Assembly: GCA_963708075.1 (NCBI GenBank)
Contig: OY970194.1
Span: 4,352,001-4,416,000 of the forward strand
DNA length: 64,000 nucleotides
Source: Sedimentisphaerales bacterium
GTDB lineage: Bacteria > Planctomycetota > Phycisphaerae > Sedimentisphaerales > Anaerobacaceae
Direction: 5' to 3'
Every line of letters begins with the position of its first letter. Position 1 is the stretch's first letter. This document shows positions 38,921-49,034 of the stretch, piece after piece. The translations under genes and the position numbers were made by a program. A model generated the notes under the pieces. It was not told the origin of the DNA. It worked only from the letters and a program-made list of their open reading frames with translations, and searched no databases.

Positions 38921-40072
38921 ATGACCGACAGGAGACTACTGCTGTTGCTGGGCTTCGCCGAAGACGACACGAAGATGGCGTCGGTGCGGTGGAGCCGGTT
39001 CAAGAGACACCTGTCCGGAGATGCATTCTCCTTTGAATGGGTGCCCGTGCAACTGCCGTACTGCGACGAATCGTCGAGCATGCTGTCCAAAGGGATTCGT
39101 GAATTCAAGGTGCTGCGCCATGCGCGAAGGTTCGCGAAGCAACTGAAGCAGGCGGCGAACCCAAACGACAGAACCACCATCCTGGCAAGCATACCGACGC
39201 TGGATCCTCTGTACGTTGGGGCCATGCTCCGGCGGCTCGGTGGATCGAATACGGAGCTTGTGCTGGAGGTTCGCGACGTGTATGCCAGGCCCGAGTTGTG
39301 CGACTACAACTCCCTCCGCAGACGCCTGGAGATCTTCAAGGAGGCCAGGCTCATCCGATACGTGGACCGCTTCATCTTCCTGACCGACGAGATCAAACGC
39401 AGGTACTGCAGTTACTATCCGCACCTGCCGGCGATTCAGGCCGGCGCGGTGATCACGAATGGATACGATCCGCAGGAGTATGGCCCGAGTCCGGCGACAA
39501 ACGAACAGCCGGAATTGCTCGACATCGGTTATTTCGGGTCGTTCTATACGAGCCGCAATCCCGAGTTGCTGTTCCAGTCTCTCCGCCTGCTTAGACAAGA
39601 CGATGGTCAGGACTTCGGTCTGCTCCGCATCCATATCTGGGGCGCGCCGGGCGACTATCCGCTGGAGGCGAAGATAGCAGAATACGGCCTGCACAGCGCA
39701 GTCGTCTACCACGGGGTCGCAGCCCACGACCAGGTCATCCGGGAATACGCAGGCACCGGTGTGAACCTGATCATCACCCACAAGACGGGAAGCAGTTATG
39801 CCCTGCCCGGCAAGTTGTTCGAGTACATCGGCGCTGGCAGGCCGATCTGGGCCATCACGGACGATCAAATCCTGCGCGACTTCATTACGCGGTACGACTT
39901 GGGATACCTCAGTTCTCATGATGCCGGGAGTATCACAGGGACCCTGAGCACGATCCTTCGCACCCACGCGAGCAGCGGGAGGCTGCCGGACGTGAACCGG
40001 CCGGCGGATTTCGAGATCAGCACTCTGACGCGGCGGCTGGAGAGATTCCTGATGAACACCTCGGTGGAGTGA
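38921..40072 (+). CDS. GT-B (GT4-like) glycosyltransferase
   Basis: VITNGYD, YFGSFY, PGKLFEYIGAGRPI; GGAGG RBS. Confidence 0.8.
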   Translation: MTDRRLLLLLGFAEDDTKMASVRWSRFKRHLSGDAFSFEWVPVQLPYCDESSSMLSKGIREFKVLRHARRFAKQLKQAANPNDRTTILASIPTLDPLYVGAMLRRLGGSNTELVLEVRDVYARPELCDYNSLRRRLEIFKEARLIRYVDRFIFLTDEIKRRYCSYYPHLPAIQAGAVITNGYDPQEYGPSPATNEQPELLDIGYFGSFYTSRNPELLFQSLRLLRQDDGQDFGLLRIHIWGAPGDYPLEAKIAEYGLHSAVVYHGVAAHDQVIREYAGTGVNLIITHKTGSSYALPGKLFEYIGAGRPIWAITDDQILRDFITRYDLGYLSSHDAGSITGTLSTILRTHASSGRLPDVNRPADFEISTLTRRLERFLMNTSVE

Positions 40073-40078
40073 TACAGG

Positions 40079-41545
40079 ATGTTTGATACGAATGCAGCGA
40101 GGATCAATGGAATAGAGCGAACCGCCGTTCCCCGGCTGTTCCTGGTTGCAGGCCTGTTCTTCGCCGTGGTCATTGGGTACCTGGTGGTCTTCAACACGGC
40201 CGTGGGCATCGGGTTCATGACCGCCCTGATGCTGTTGATCCTGATCGTCATCTATCCTGTGGCGCTGGTGCCCGCCATGGTGGTCCTGTCCGTCGTCGTT
40301 GAGAAGGCCCTCCAGCCGCTCAGCATCACCGTGGGCGGCCGCGAACTGCTGAATTTCATCGGCATCGTCAATCTCTGTCTCATCGGCGCAACCATGCTCT
40401 ACACCGCGACGAGCCAGATGCAGCCGTTTCGGTCGCTTATGACGAAGCCCTTTGCCCTCTATCTCACGGTCGTACTGGTGTCCCTCCTCTATTCCGTGGA
40501 CACGATGATGACGGTCAAGAGCTTCGTCCGGATCTCGGCGGGCTTCTGCATCTACCTGCTCATCACCCAGTTTCTCACGGAGAAGCGGCAGATCGACGGG
40601 GTGTTCAAGATCCTCGTCCTTATCAGTGCGATCCCCATCACCGTGGGCCTGTATCAGATCGCATTCAGGAACCACTTCGTCCTGTCGCGCGACCTGCGCA
40701 TCCCCGGGACGTTCAGGAACGGGATGTCGTACGCGATGTATCTGGCCATCATTTTGCCCTACATTCTCGGCCAGGTCGTCTTCTCCAGGAGCAGTTTCCT
40801 CAGGAGAGGTTTCTTCCTCTCCATCTTCCTCGCCGGGCTGGCCAATCTTGTGTATTCCGCCACGCGGATCGGCCTGGGAGTCTTCGCGCTGGCCATGATC
40901 GTGTACGCCGTGCTTTCCAACCCGAGAAAACTCTTCCCAGCGGTCTTGATTCTCCTGTTCCTGTCAGTCATCGTGTTCCTCCCCTGGTTTGCGGCGTCCT
41001 TCGGCGGGTATCTCAAGACCGACTTGAAGACATACATGTCCAACGACGTGTCGTGGGACATGCGATCCAGCGATTACATCGCCGCCAGCTCACTGCATAT
41101 CCGGGTCTTCGTATGGAGGCAAATGCTTCGCAAGCTCGCGGAGACGAATGTCCTTCTGGCGCAGGGAGCGGCACCTGGTTTGAGAACATCGACACGAAGA
41201 CATTGGGCTTTTCCCTTGCCTCTCACAGTGACTACCTCGAGGTGGTCTTTGGCACGGGCCTCGTCGGTTCTCTCCGTCTACCTGCTGTTTCGTATCAGGC
41301 AATTGCTGCTTCTGGCCCGTTTCGCCCGGAGCGGCGCGGAACGCGATGTGAAAGCTATGGTTCTGTACCCGTGTTTGGCCACGCACATCGCCTGCCTGGG
41401 CATGAGTATCACGGAGGTGTGGCAATCGTACACCAGCATCTACTGGCTCTCGTGGATTGCGTGCGGGATCAGCGAATCGTACTACCGGTGGTATTCTTCG
41501 CACGCGGGCGACTCGCAGACAGTCGAGACGCAGGGAAAAGAATGA
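40079..41545 (+). CDS. wzy: Wzy/O-antigen ligase family polymerase with a pair of compensating frameshifts (~41157 and 41266-41272)
   Basis: Polytopic; RIPGTF, SATRIG. The conserved GAGSG...HSDYLEVVFGTGLVG segment lies in an alternative frame between the two indels. Confidence 0.8.
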   Translation: MFDTNAARINGIERTAVPRLFLVAGLFFAVVIGYLVVFNTAVGIGFMTALMLLILIVIYPVALVPAMVVLSVVVEKALQPLSITVGGRELLNFIGIVNLCLIGATMLYTATSQMQPFRSLMTKPFALYLTVVLVSLLYSVDTMMTVKSFVRISAGFCIYLLITQFLTEKRQIDGVFKILVLISAIPITVGLYQIAFRNHFVLSRDLRIPGTFRNGMSYAMYLAIILPYILGQVVFSRSSFLRRGFFLSIFLAGLANLVYSATRIGLGVFALAMIVYAVLSNPRKLFPAVLILLFLSVIVFLPWFAASFGGYLKTDLKTYMSNDVSWDMRSSDYIAASSLHIRVFVWRQMLRKLAETNVLLAQGAAPGLRTSTRRHWAFPLPLTVTTSRWSLARASSVLSVYLLFRIRQLLLLARFARSGAERDVKAMVLYPCLATHIACLGMSITEVWQSYTSIYWLSWIACGISESYYRWYSSHAGDSQTVETQGKE

Positions 41546-42486
41546 GGATGTCGATCGTCATATCGACGCGGAACCGCGCCGAGCAGCTTCGGTCCTGTCT
41601 GGAGGCGCTCGTTCAGCAGGACGGCGTGTCGCCGGATGCATACGAGATCATCGTCATCGATAACGGATCGATGGATGATACGGAGCAGGTCGTCGCCTCG
41701 ATCCGCCAACGGTCCAGCCAGGTCCGCTACTACTACGAAGACCGAATAGGGCTGTCCATCGCGAGAAACGCCGGAGTGCGCCTGGCGAAAGGGGACATCA
41801 TCAGCTTTGGAGATGACGACGCCATCTCCTCGCCGAGCTTCGTGGCGGAGGTCCTCGCCTCCTTTGACGATCCTCAGGTGGACTGCGTCGGAGGCAAGAT
41901 CGTGGCCTCGTGGCCCGACGGCTCCCCGCCGGCTTGGTTTGTCCCGAAGTACGGCAACGTGGTGGGACAAACCTCGTTTGGCGAAAGCGCCAGGTGGATG
42001 GAGAAGAATGAATTCCCCTTTGGCGGCAATATCTCTATCCGCAGAGATGTCTTTGAGACTCTCGGCGGGTTCAACGAGGACCTGGGCAAACGAGGGCAGA
42101 ATAACATCTGGGGGGAGGAGATCGACCTGTGCCATCGGATGCAGGAGCATGGATATCGCTTCTTCTACAACCCCCGGGCGCTCGTCTGGCACGTGGTCGG
42201 CCACCATCGAGCGACGCAAGAGTACTTCGTCGAGAGCGTCTTTGGTAAGGGAGTCACGGAGGGGTATCAGAAGCTCGCACACAAAGGGAAAGCCGTGTTC
42301 ACGTTCTACCTGCTGCTCAAAGCCGCACGCCTTGCCCTGACTTCTGTCTGCTATCTTCTGACGGGCACGCTCCAGTCCGAGACCGCCAGGTTCCAGTCGC
42401 GCTGCGCGATCGCGTGGTACACAGGATACCTGCACTTCCTGGCCGTGAAGGACAACTTCGGGTCTGTACCCGACTCCGCCGAATGA
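41542..42486 (+). CDS. GT2 glycosyltransferase
   Basis: SIVISTRNR, IDNGSMD, ARNAG, FGDDD, GGFNEDLG, GEEIDL. Confidence 0.9.
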   Translation: MRMSIVISTRNRAEQLRSCLEALVQQDGVSPDAYEIIVIDNGSMDDTEQVVASIRQRSSQVRYYYEDRIGLSIARNAGVRLAKGDIISFGDDDAISSPSFVAEVLASFDDPQVDCVGGKIVASWPDGSPPAWFVPKYGNVVGQTSFGESARWMEKNEFPFGGNISIRRDVFETLGGFNEDLGKRGQNNIWGEEIDLCHRMQEHGYRFFYNPRALVWHVVGHHRATQEYFVESVFGKGVTEGYQKLAHKGKAVFTFYLLLKAARLALTSVCYLLTGTLQSETARFQSRCAIAWYTGYLHFLAVKDNFGSVPDSAE

Positions 42487-42516
42487 GCCGATAGCCATTC
42501 AAAACGCGATCTACAA

Positions 42517-43752
42517 ATGAAGACGACTGAAATACGCAGGGGAGAATCGGACGGCAGGCTGGATGGGGCCCTCTTGATGATCTCGTACGAGGAGCTTGCA
42601 TCCCACAACGGCTTGAATACACGCATGAAGGGCATCGCACGGGAGCTGTCGGCGGCGGGACGACGCGTCGAGATCGCAGCGCCCTCGTACAGCGGCCGGA
42701 CCTTGGAAACGCCCGATCACTTTGCGGGCATACGCATCCACACGGTGCCCGTGCCCAACGTCTTCTCCAGATGGAGAATCCCCATCGTCACAAGGGTCCT
42801 GTCTGTCGCGCTGCTCACCCTGTGCATGGTGCGACGCCTTCGCCAAACCGCGGGTCCCTTCGCATGGGTCCAGTCGGAGCAGGTATATCCCTTCCCGGCG
42901 GCCTGCCTGCTCGCCCGCAAGTGGAAAGCCAGGACTATTCTCGATGACCCGTCGCTGTTAGGACTCTTCGTGGAAGAGAAACTCAGGCGCGGCCGTCTGC
43001 TGCGTCCCCTGCTCAAGAGGGCCGTCGAGCGCTTCGAGACCAGCCTCTGGCGGCGGGCGGACTGCATCCTGTGCTCCTCACAGCGCACCGCAGGCGCGAT
43101 CGGCAAACGGGTGAAGGGAGCGAAGACGACCGTATTGCGGATGTGCAACGGCGTAGATCTGAACGAGTTCACCCCCGGTCCCGGCGGCGGGCCCGGAAAC
43201 CGGCTCTTCTTCAATTGCAGCGTGCCCTACTATCAGAACATGGCGGCGCTGCGAAACTTCCTGAAGATCGTCGCACGCTTCGAGCAGGAGGCGTTTCGCA
43301 ACTACTCGGCCGTCATCGCCGTCAACGATGCAACGGCTCTGCCGGGCGATGTAACGCAGGAGATCGAGTCGAACCCGAGGGTGCGCCTGTTATCCAACGA
43401 GAAGTCACTGGTCCCGTGGCTGCATGAATCGGACCTGGTCCTGCTGCCCTACGAGAAGGGGCACCTGACGACGGCCGGACCCCGGCTCAAGGCGTTCGAG
43501 GCTTTTGCCTGCGGCAAAATCGTGCTCGGAACACAGGAGGGCCTCGACGAAATCCCCGGCTGCATCGACGGCCGCAACGTGATCCTCTGCTCCGACTGGC
43601 TCGACATGGCAGACAAAACGATGCATCTCATCACGGAAGGCGAGACCCCACGCAAACAGACGATCCGCAGCGAAGCGCGAAGGCTCGCGGAAACCGAGTA
43701 CTCGTGGCAGAGATTGGTGAAGGCGTACGATCCGATCCTCAATGGCAGATAA
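42517..43752 (+). CDS. GT4-like glycosyltransferase
   Basis: NGVDLNEF, GPRLKAFEAFACG, YSW. Confidence 0.8.
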   Translation: MKTTEIRRGESDGRLDGALLMISYEELASHNGLNTRMKGIARELSAAGRRVEIAAPSYSGRTLETPDHFAGIRIHTVPVPNVFSRWRIPIVTRVLSVALLTLCMVRRLRQTAGPFAWVQSEQVYPFPAACLLARKWKARTILDDPSLLGLFVEEKLRRGRLLRPLLKRAVERFETSLWRRADCILCSSQRTAGAIGKRVKGAKTTVLRMCNGVDLNEFTPGPGGGPGNRLFFNCSVPYYQNMAALRNFLKIVARFEQEAFRNYSAVIAVNDATALPGDVTQEIESNPRVRLLSNEKSLVPWLHESDLVLLPYEKGHLTTAGPRLKAFEAFACGKIVLGTQEGLDEIPGCIDGRNVILCSDWLDMADKTMHLITEGETPRKQTIRSEARRLAETEYSWQRLVKAYDPILNGR

Positions 43753-43777
43753 TCGCGTCCGCAACAGAGGGGACTTT

Positions 43778-44896
43778 ATGCACATCGTCATGATGGGGTG
43801 CAGGGGAATTCCGGCAACCTACGGAGGCGTGGAGAAGGCGGTAGAGGAGCTTTCGGTCCGGCTGGCCAGGAAGGGCCACCGGGTGACTGTTCTGTGCAGG
43901 AGCCATTATACGCCGAAGATGAGCGAGTATGAGAATGTCCATATTGTCCGGCTCCCCACGATCCGCGAGAAGCACATCGAAATGATCCTCCATACCCTCC
44001 TGTCCACCCTGTACGTGAGCGTGAAATCGTGCGACCTCGTTCACATTCACAGCGTGGACCCGGCCATTGTCACGCCGCTCGTCAGATTGTTCCATCCCGT
44101 GGTCGCCACGTCGCATGGGCAGGCGTACCGAAGAGACAAGTGGGGCAGGATATTCAGAATGTTTTCCCGAATCGCCGAGCGGGTCTTCATTGCCACGCCC
44201 TCCAAGTGTACGGCGGTATCGAGGACCCTCTGCGACTTCTATGCCCGGAGGTACAACAAAACAGCACAGTACGTTCCCAACGGCGTGACGCCCCAGGAGC
44301 CTGTGGGGCCCGAGCCCATCAAGCAGTTCGGCCTCGACAAGGACAGCTACATCCTCTTCGTGGGAAGGCTGCTCGCCACCAAGGGGCCTAAGTTGCTCAT
44401 CGACGCCTATAAGAAGGTCAGGCCCAATCTGAAACTGGTGATCGTCGGCGGCTCGTCGCACACGGATACGTATGAGAAGATGCTCCGGAAAGAGGCGAGT
44501 GAGGACATTCTCTTCCTCGGCTACCAGTACGACGAGTGCCTCAAGGCCTTGTACTCGAATTGCCGGCTGTTCGTGTTTCCGTCGTCCATTGAAGGTCTGC
44601 CGCTGGTGCTGCTGGAGGCGCTGAGCTTCCAACGGCCGGTGTTGTTCAGCGATATCCCGGAGAACCGCGAGATCGCCGATGGGCTGGGGATCTCCTTCAA
44701 GAGCGGCGATGTGGATGATCTGGCTGAGAAACTGAGGTACGCATTATCCGACGCGAACCCGTTCAACACGCTCCTGCCGGCCATACCCGAGAGGTTATCC
44801 CGCGACTACAACTGGGATCGCGTCGTCGAGCAGTATACGAAGGTGTACCGGGACGCGCTGGCCAAGTGTGAAGTCAGTTCCGTGTCCATTGAGTAG
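43778..44896 (+). CDS. GT4 glycosyltransferase
   Basis: GCRGIPATYGGVE, FVGRL, PSSIEGLPLVLLEA, SDIPEN. Confidence 0.92.
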   Translation: MHIVMMGCRGIPATYGGVEKAVEELSVRLARKGHRVTVLCRSHYTPKMSEYENVHIVRLPTIREKHIEMILHTLLSTLYVSVKSCDLVHIHSVDPAIVTPLVRLFHPVVATSHGQAYRRDKWGRIFRMFSRIAERVFIATPSKCTAVSRTLCDFYARRYNKTAQYVPNGVTPQEPVGPEPIKQFGLDKDSYILFVGRLLATKGPKLLIDAYKKVRPNLKLVIVGGSSHTDTYEKMLRKEASEDILFLGYQYDECLKALYSNCRLFVFPSSIEGLPLVLLEALSFQRPVLFSDIPENREIADGLGISFKSGDVDDLAEKLRYALSDANPFNTLLPAIPERLSRDYNWDRVVEQYTKVYRDALAKCEVSSVSIE

Positions 44897-44923
44897 CCGG
44901 CAAGTGGATCTCACTTCAAAGGC

Positions 44924-47023
44924 ATGGATGTTATGCTTGCAGCAAGAACGCTTGCACTCTTCTCGATGCTGTGCCTCCTCCCCAGACCATGCGCCTGTCT
45001 CGGGCAAACGCCCCAAGTGCTGTTCATCACTCCCGGCAGTCCTGGCGCCGAGTGGCCGACAATTACCGCTCTTTGCGATCTCTATGGACTGACTTGTGGC
45101 TGGCGCTCCCCAACGCAAGCGGCCGCGGAGCTGAGTCCCTCCAAGACGGACAGACAAGCCACTCTGGCCGCCATTGTAGAGGCTTCCATTCCCGGTCCCA
45201 CGACATCCCGGTCCGATGTCACGGCCCTGTGGAAGTCCCTGCGAGCCGCCCGTATACCTGTTCTCATACTATCCACGCGGCCTTCGATGCTGTCTGTGCC
45301 CGATCCTAATGGATCGAGCGTATTCGCCAGTCTTCAGCTTGTCCGCCTGGAGAAGAAGCTGTCGTCCTGGCAAACCACACAGGCAAACCAGACGCTGATG
45401 CGGGAGCTCACGGCAGTATCAGCCGGGATCCGGCACAACGCACAGTCGAGCACGATCGTCCTCGGTTCGGCCAGCCCCGACAACAGGGTCGTACCCCTCA
45501 TGCTGGTCCGGTCCACGGATGGAACTTCGTATCCCATCTACAGCGAGATCAAAGGCACGGAGGGTCTCGTCTTCTGTGCCGCGTTCAGCCATCCTGTACC
45601 GGACGGCGGGTTCGTATTCGACCCTGAGAAGGATGGGAATCTCATCAGCATCATTCCCCTTCTGACCTTCCTGCGGTTTGCCGGCGGACCGTACTGCTGG
45701 CATCGCGGCTCGGACTGCGCCAATCTGACCATCGACGATCCCTGGCTGACGGAGCCGTACGGATTCCTCAATTACAGGGGTCTGCTGGCGCAGATGCGAA
45801 AGGCCCGCTTCCACACCACGATTGCATTCATCCCGTGGAACTACGACAGGAGCAGCGACAAGGTGGTGGCGCTCTTCCGGGAGCATCCGAAGCACTACTC
45901 CATCTGCATTCATGGAAACAATCACGATCGCTGGGAGTTCTACAAATATCACACGATCCCGGCAGATCCGCTGCCGGCCAAGCCTCTGCCTGTCCAGGAA
46001 GCTAACATCCGGCAGGGCCTTACCCGCATGGAGCAATTCAGGCAACTGACCGGCCTGGACTTCGATCCGGTCATGGTCTTTCCTCAGTACATCGCTCCCC
46101 TGGAGACCTTCGGGCTGCTGAAAAAATACAATTTCCTGATCACCTCAAACGCCACGAACATCCCCCTGAATCTTGATCCGCCGCCGGACCCCGTTTTCCA
46201 CCTTCGGTCGGTCACAGACTACTACGAAGACTTTGCCAGCGTGATAAGGTATCCGCCGGCCGACAGATCTCGGGCCGCCATCGCTCTCGACCTGTTCCTC
46301 GACAACCCGGTCCTGTTCTTCGAGCATCACACATTATTTCGGCGTGGAATAGACGCATTCAATAAGACTGCGGAGATGGTGAACGCCCTTCAGCCCGACA
46401 CGAAATGGACCAGCCTGGGCGATACGGCGCGGCACTCGCATCTGCAGAGAAGTCGTCCCGACGGCAACCTTGATATCCGGGCCTTCTGCCGAAGCATCGA
46501 CCTGGAGAACGACCAGCAACATGAGCTGACCTGTTTTGTGGAGAAAGCGGAGACACTGGACGTACCGATCCGGCATGTGCTTGTCGATGGCGCGCCTCAT
46601 ACGTATACCGTCTCCGATGGGCGACTCCGTCTCACGGTCGAGGTAGCATCGCATCAATCCCGTCGTATCGACATCGAATACGAGGACAACTTCCAGGTTG
46701 CACAGGCGGATATCGCGAAGAACGATCCTCGCGTGAACCGCATTCGCGCTCTCTCGGATTTGAGGGATTGCACCCTGATGCGAAATGTGGTGACGAGGTC
46801 GGTGGTCAGCTTCTACTACGCAAGCATGTTGTACCGGCTCGGTCTCAAAGGGGCCGCGGTCGTGTGTTTCATCGTTGCCGTCGCGGCAGCTATCGGCGGG
46901 TGGAGGCTGCGGAGATGGATGAGCCGGCGAGCTCAGCGAATGGAGATTCGACCCACTCCACCACGCGCGGCAGGAGCTATCCCTGCGAAGCAAGGACTTG
47001 AGCAGGCGCCGAATCGCACCTGA
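44924..47023 (+). CDS. Exported membrane-anchored protein with polysaccharide-deacetylase-like core
   Basis: Signal-like N-terminus; TIDDPW and IHGNNH metal-site-like motifs; C-terminal TM plus basic tail. Confidence 0.5.
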   Translation: MDVMLAARTLALFSMLCLLPRPCACLGQTPQVLFITPGSPGAEWPTITALCDLYGLTCGWRSPTQAAAELSPSKTDRQATLAAIVEASIPGPTTSRSDVTALWKSLRAARIPVLILSTRPSMLSVPDPNGSSVFASLQLVRLEKKLSSWQTTQANQTLMRELTAVSAGIRHNAQSSTIVLGSASPDNRVVPLMLVRSTDGTSYPIYSEIKGTEGLVFCAAFSHPVPDGGFVFDPEKDGNLISIIPLLTFLRFAGGPYCWHRGSDCANLTIDDPWLTEPYGFLNYRGLLAQMRKARFHTTIAFIPWNYDRSSDKVVALFREHPKHYSICIHGNNHDRWEFYKYHTIPADPLPAKPLPVQEANIRQGLTRMEQFRQLTGLDFDPVMVFPQYIAPLETFGLLKKYNFLITSNATNIPLNLDPPPDPVFHLRSVTDYYEDFASVIRYPPADRSRAAIALDLFLDNPVLFFEHHTLFRRGIDAFNKTAEMVNALQPDTKWTSLGDTARHSHLQRSRPDGNLDIRAFCRSIDLENDQQHELTCFVEKAETLDVPIRHVLVDGAPHTYTVSDGRLRLTVEVASHQSRRIDIEYEDNFQVAQADIAKNDPRVNRIRALSDLRDCTLMRNVVTRSVVSFYYASMLYRLGLKGAAVVCFIVAVAAAIGGWRLRRWMSRRAQRMEIRPTPPRAAGAIPAKQGLEQAPNRT

Positions 47024-47086
47024 CATCAGGCTGCGTGCTGAGACGCGGCCGTTTGCTGGACCTGAGGAAGACTGTCTGCTGTGGAG

Positions 47087-48181
47087 ATGGCTGGAACGAT
47101 GAGTGATCCATTCCGCCCGGAGTTGTCGCACGAGTTCTACTCTCGGATGTACCTGATCCGAACCGTGGAGAGCTCCCTGCTGGAACTGTTTGGCCGTGGT
47201 GCGATTACGGGAACCGTCCATACCTGTATCGGCCAGGAGGCCTGTGCCGTCGGCGTCGTGGACGCATTGGACAAGCATCGCGACGTCCTGTTCTCGAATC
47301 ATCGCGCTCACGGCCACTACATCGCTTACTGTGACGACGTGGAGGGCCTGATCGCGGAAATCATGGGCAGGAAGTCCGGCGTATGTGGAGGGACCGGCGG
47401 CTCACAGCATCTTCACAAGCACAACCTGTACACGAACGGGATTCAAGGCGGCATCGTTCCCAACGCGGTGGGCGCCGCCCTGGCCGCCAAGAAGCTGGGT
47501 ACCGGGGCGATCTCCGTTGTCTTCGTGGGAGACGGCACGATGGGCCAGGGCGTCGTCTACGAGAGCTTGAACGTGGCGTCGCTGTGGTCTCTGCCTGTTC
47601 TGTTCGTGCTGGAGGACAACGGATACGCGCAGACAACGCCGAAACACCTTGCCCACGCCGGGCATCTGACCGATCGCGCCAGAGCGTTCAACGTGGACGT
47701 ACAGGCAGTGGCCGCTGACGATGTTTTCGTTGTGCACGCAGCAACCGCCGAAGCGGTGAAGCAGGTGCGGGAAGCCCAACGCCCATTCTTCCTTTCGCTG
47801 AGCACGTATCGCTTGTCACCGCACAGCAAAGGCGACGATTTCCGCAGTGAGGCGGAGATCGAGTCGTATCGCGCCAAAGATCCGCTCTCGCGGTTGGCGA
47901 TGCGGATACCGGACGACGGGCGGCTTGTCATTGAGGAGCGGGCACGACAGCGAGTCCGCCGGGCGATTGAGCTGGCGCAGGAATCGGCTCCGGCAGACCC
48001 TCTTACTCCCCTGGACGGAGCATATGATGAAGCCACTGATGTACCTGGAGGCGATTCGAGGCTGTCTGCACACGTTGATGGAGGAAGATTCCGCGATCAT
48101 CCTCCTGGGCGAGGACTTGCTGGATCCGTACGGCGGGGCCTTCAAAGTGACCCAGGGGCTGTCGACGCGCTTCCCCGATAG
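47087..48181 (+). CDS. TPP-dependent dehydrogenase E1 alpha subunit (true end possibly 48027)
   Basis: HTCIGQEA, SNHRAHGH, GGSQH, GDGTMGQG..EDN (TPP motif), TYRLSPHSKGD. Confidence 0.9.
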   Translation: MAGTMSDPFRPELSHEFYSRMYLIRTVESSLLELFGRGAITGTVHTCIGQEACAVGVVDALDKHRDVLFSNHRAHGHYIAYCDDVEGLIAEIMGRKSGVCGGTGGSQHLHKHNLYTNGIQGGIVPNAVGAALAAKKLGTGAISVVFVGDGTMGQGVVYESLNVASLWSLPVLFVLEDNGYAQTTPKHLAHAGHLTDRARAFNVDVQAVAADDVFVVHAATAEAVKQVREAQRPFFLSLSTYRLSPHSKGDDFRSEAEIESYRAKDPLSRLAMRIPDDGRLVIEERARQRVRRAIELAQESAPADPLTPLDGAYDEATDVPGGDSRLSAHVDGGRFRDHPPGRGLAGSVRRGLQSDPGAVDALPR

Positions 48182-49034
48182 GGTCCTCGCAACGCCCATC
48201 TGCGAGGCCACCATCGTAGGGCTGGGGGTCGGGGCGGCTCTCCAGGGTCTGCGGCCCATCGTGGAAGTGATGTTCGGTGATTTCCTGACCCTGGCGTGCG
48301 ACCAGATCGTCAATCACGCGGTCAAGTACCAGCAGATGTATGGCTGCAGGGTCGAGGTCCCGCTGGTCATCCGGACCCCCATGGGAGGCGGGCGCGGCTA
48401 TGGACCCACGCACAGCCAGAGCATCGAGAAGCTTTTCCTTGGAGTCCCGGGACTCAGCGTGGTGTCTCCCTCGCTTTTCCACGATGCAGGCGAGTTACTC
48501 AGACAAGCGGTGGATCGTCGCAGGGTGGTGCTATTCCTCGAACATAAGCTGCTCTACCCCGAGCGGCTGATCCTGGAATCGACGGGCGGTCTGTGGCATG
48601 AAACGACGCCGGAAGCTTCGGGATTTCCCACCGTCGTGATCAGGAATTTTCGAGACTCGACTCCGGATGTGACCTTGATCTGTTATGGCGGGATCAGCCG
48701 CATGATTCCGCAGTTGCTGGCGGACATGGCCCGGGAGGAGATCAGGGTCGAAACGTGTCTGCCGGCCTGTCTTCAACCCCTGCCTGTGGCCACGATGGTC
48801 TCTCTGGTGCGACGGAGCAAGAGAGCGGTGGTGATTGAGGAAGGCACGACAGGGTACGACTGGGGGGCGGAAGTGAGCAGTCAGTTGCACAAGTACCTGT
48901 GGGGCGTCCTGGAGCGCCCCGTCGCACGGGTGGGCTCGCTGCCTACCGTGATCCCGACATCGAGGGAAGCCGAGGAGCGTATGCTGGTTTCTCAGGAGAC
49001 AATCAGTACTGCCATATTGGAGGTGTTGCAGTGA
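48024..49034 (+). CDS. TPP-dependent dehydrogenase E1 beta subunit
   Basis: LGED, YGGAFKVT, TPICE, GLRPIVEVMF, GPTHSQS, EHKLLY; GGAG RBS. Confidence 0.92.
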   Translation: MMKPLMYLEAIRGCLHTLMEEDSAIILLGEDLLDPYGGAFKVTQGLSTRFPDRVLATPICEATIVGLGVGAALQGLRPIVEVMFGDFLTLACDQIVNHAVKYQQMYGCRVEVPLVIRTPMGGGRGYGPTHSQSIEKLFLGVPGLSVVSPSLFHDAGELLRQAVDRRRVVLFLEHKLLYPERLILESTGGLWHETTPEASGFPTVVIRNFRDSTPDVTLICYGGISRMIPQLLADMAREEIRVETCLPACLQPLPVATMVSLVRRSKRAVVIEEGTTGYDWGAEVSSQLHKYLWGVLERPVARVGSLPTVIPTSREAEERMLVSQETISTAILEVLQ

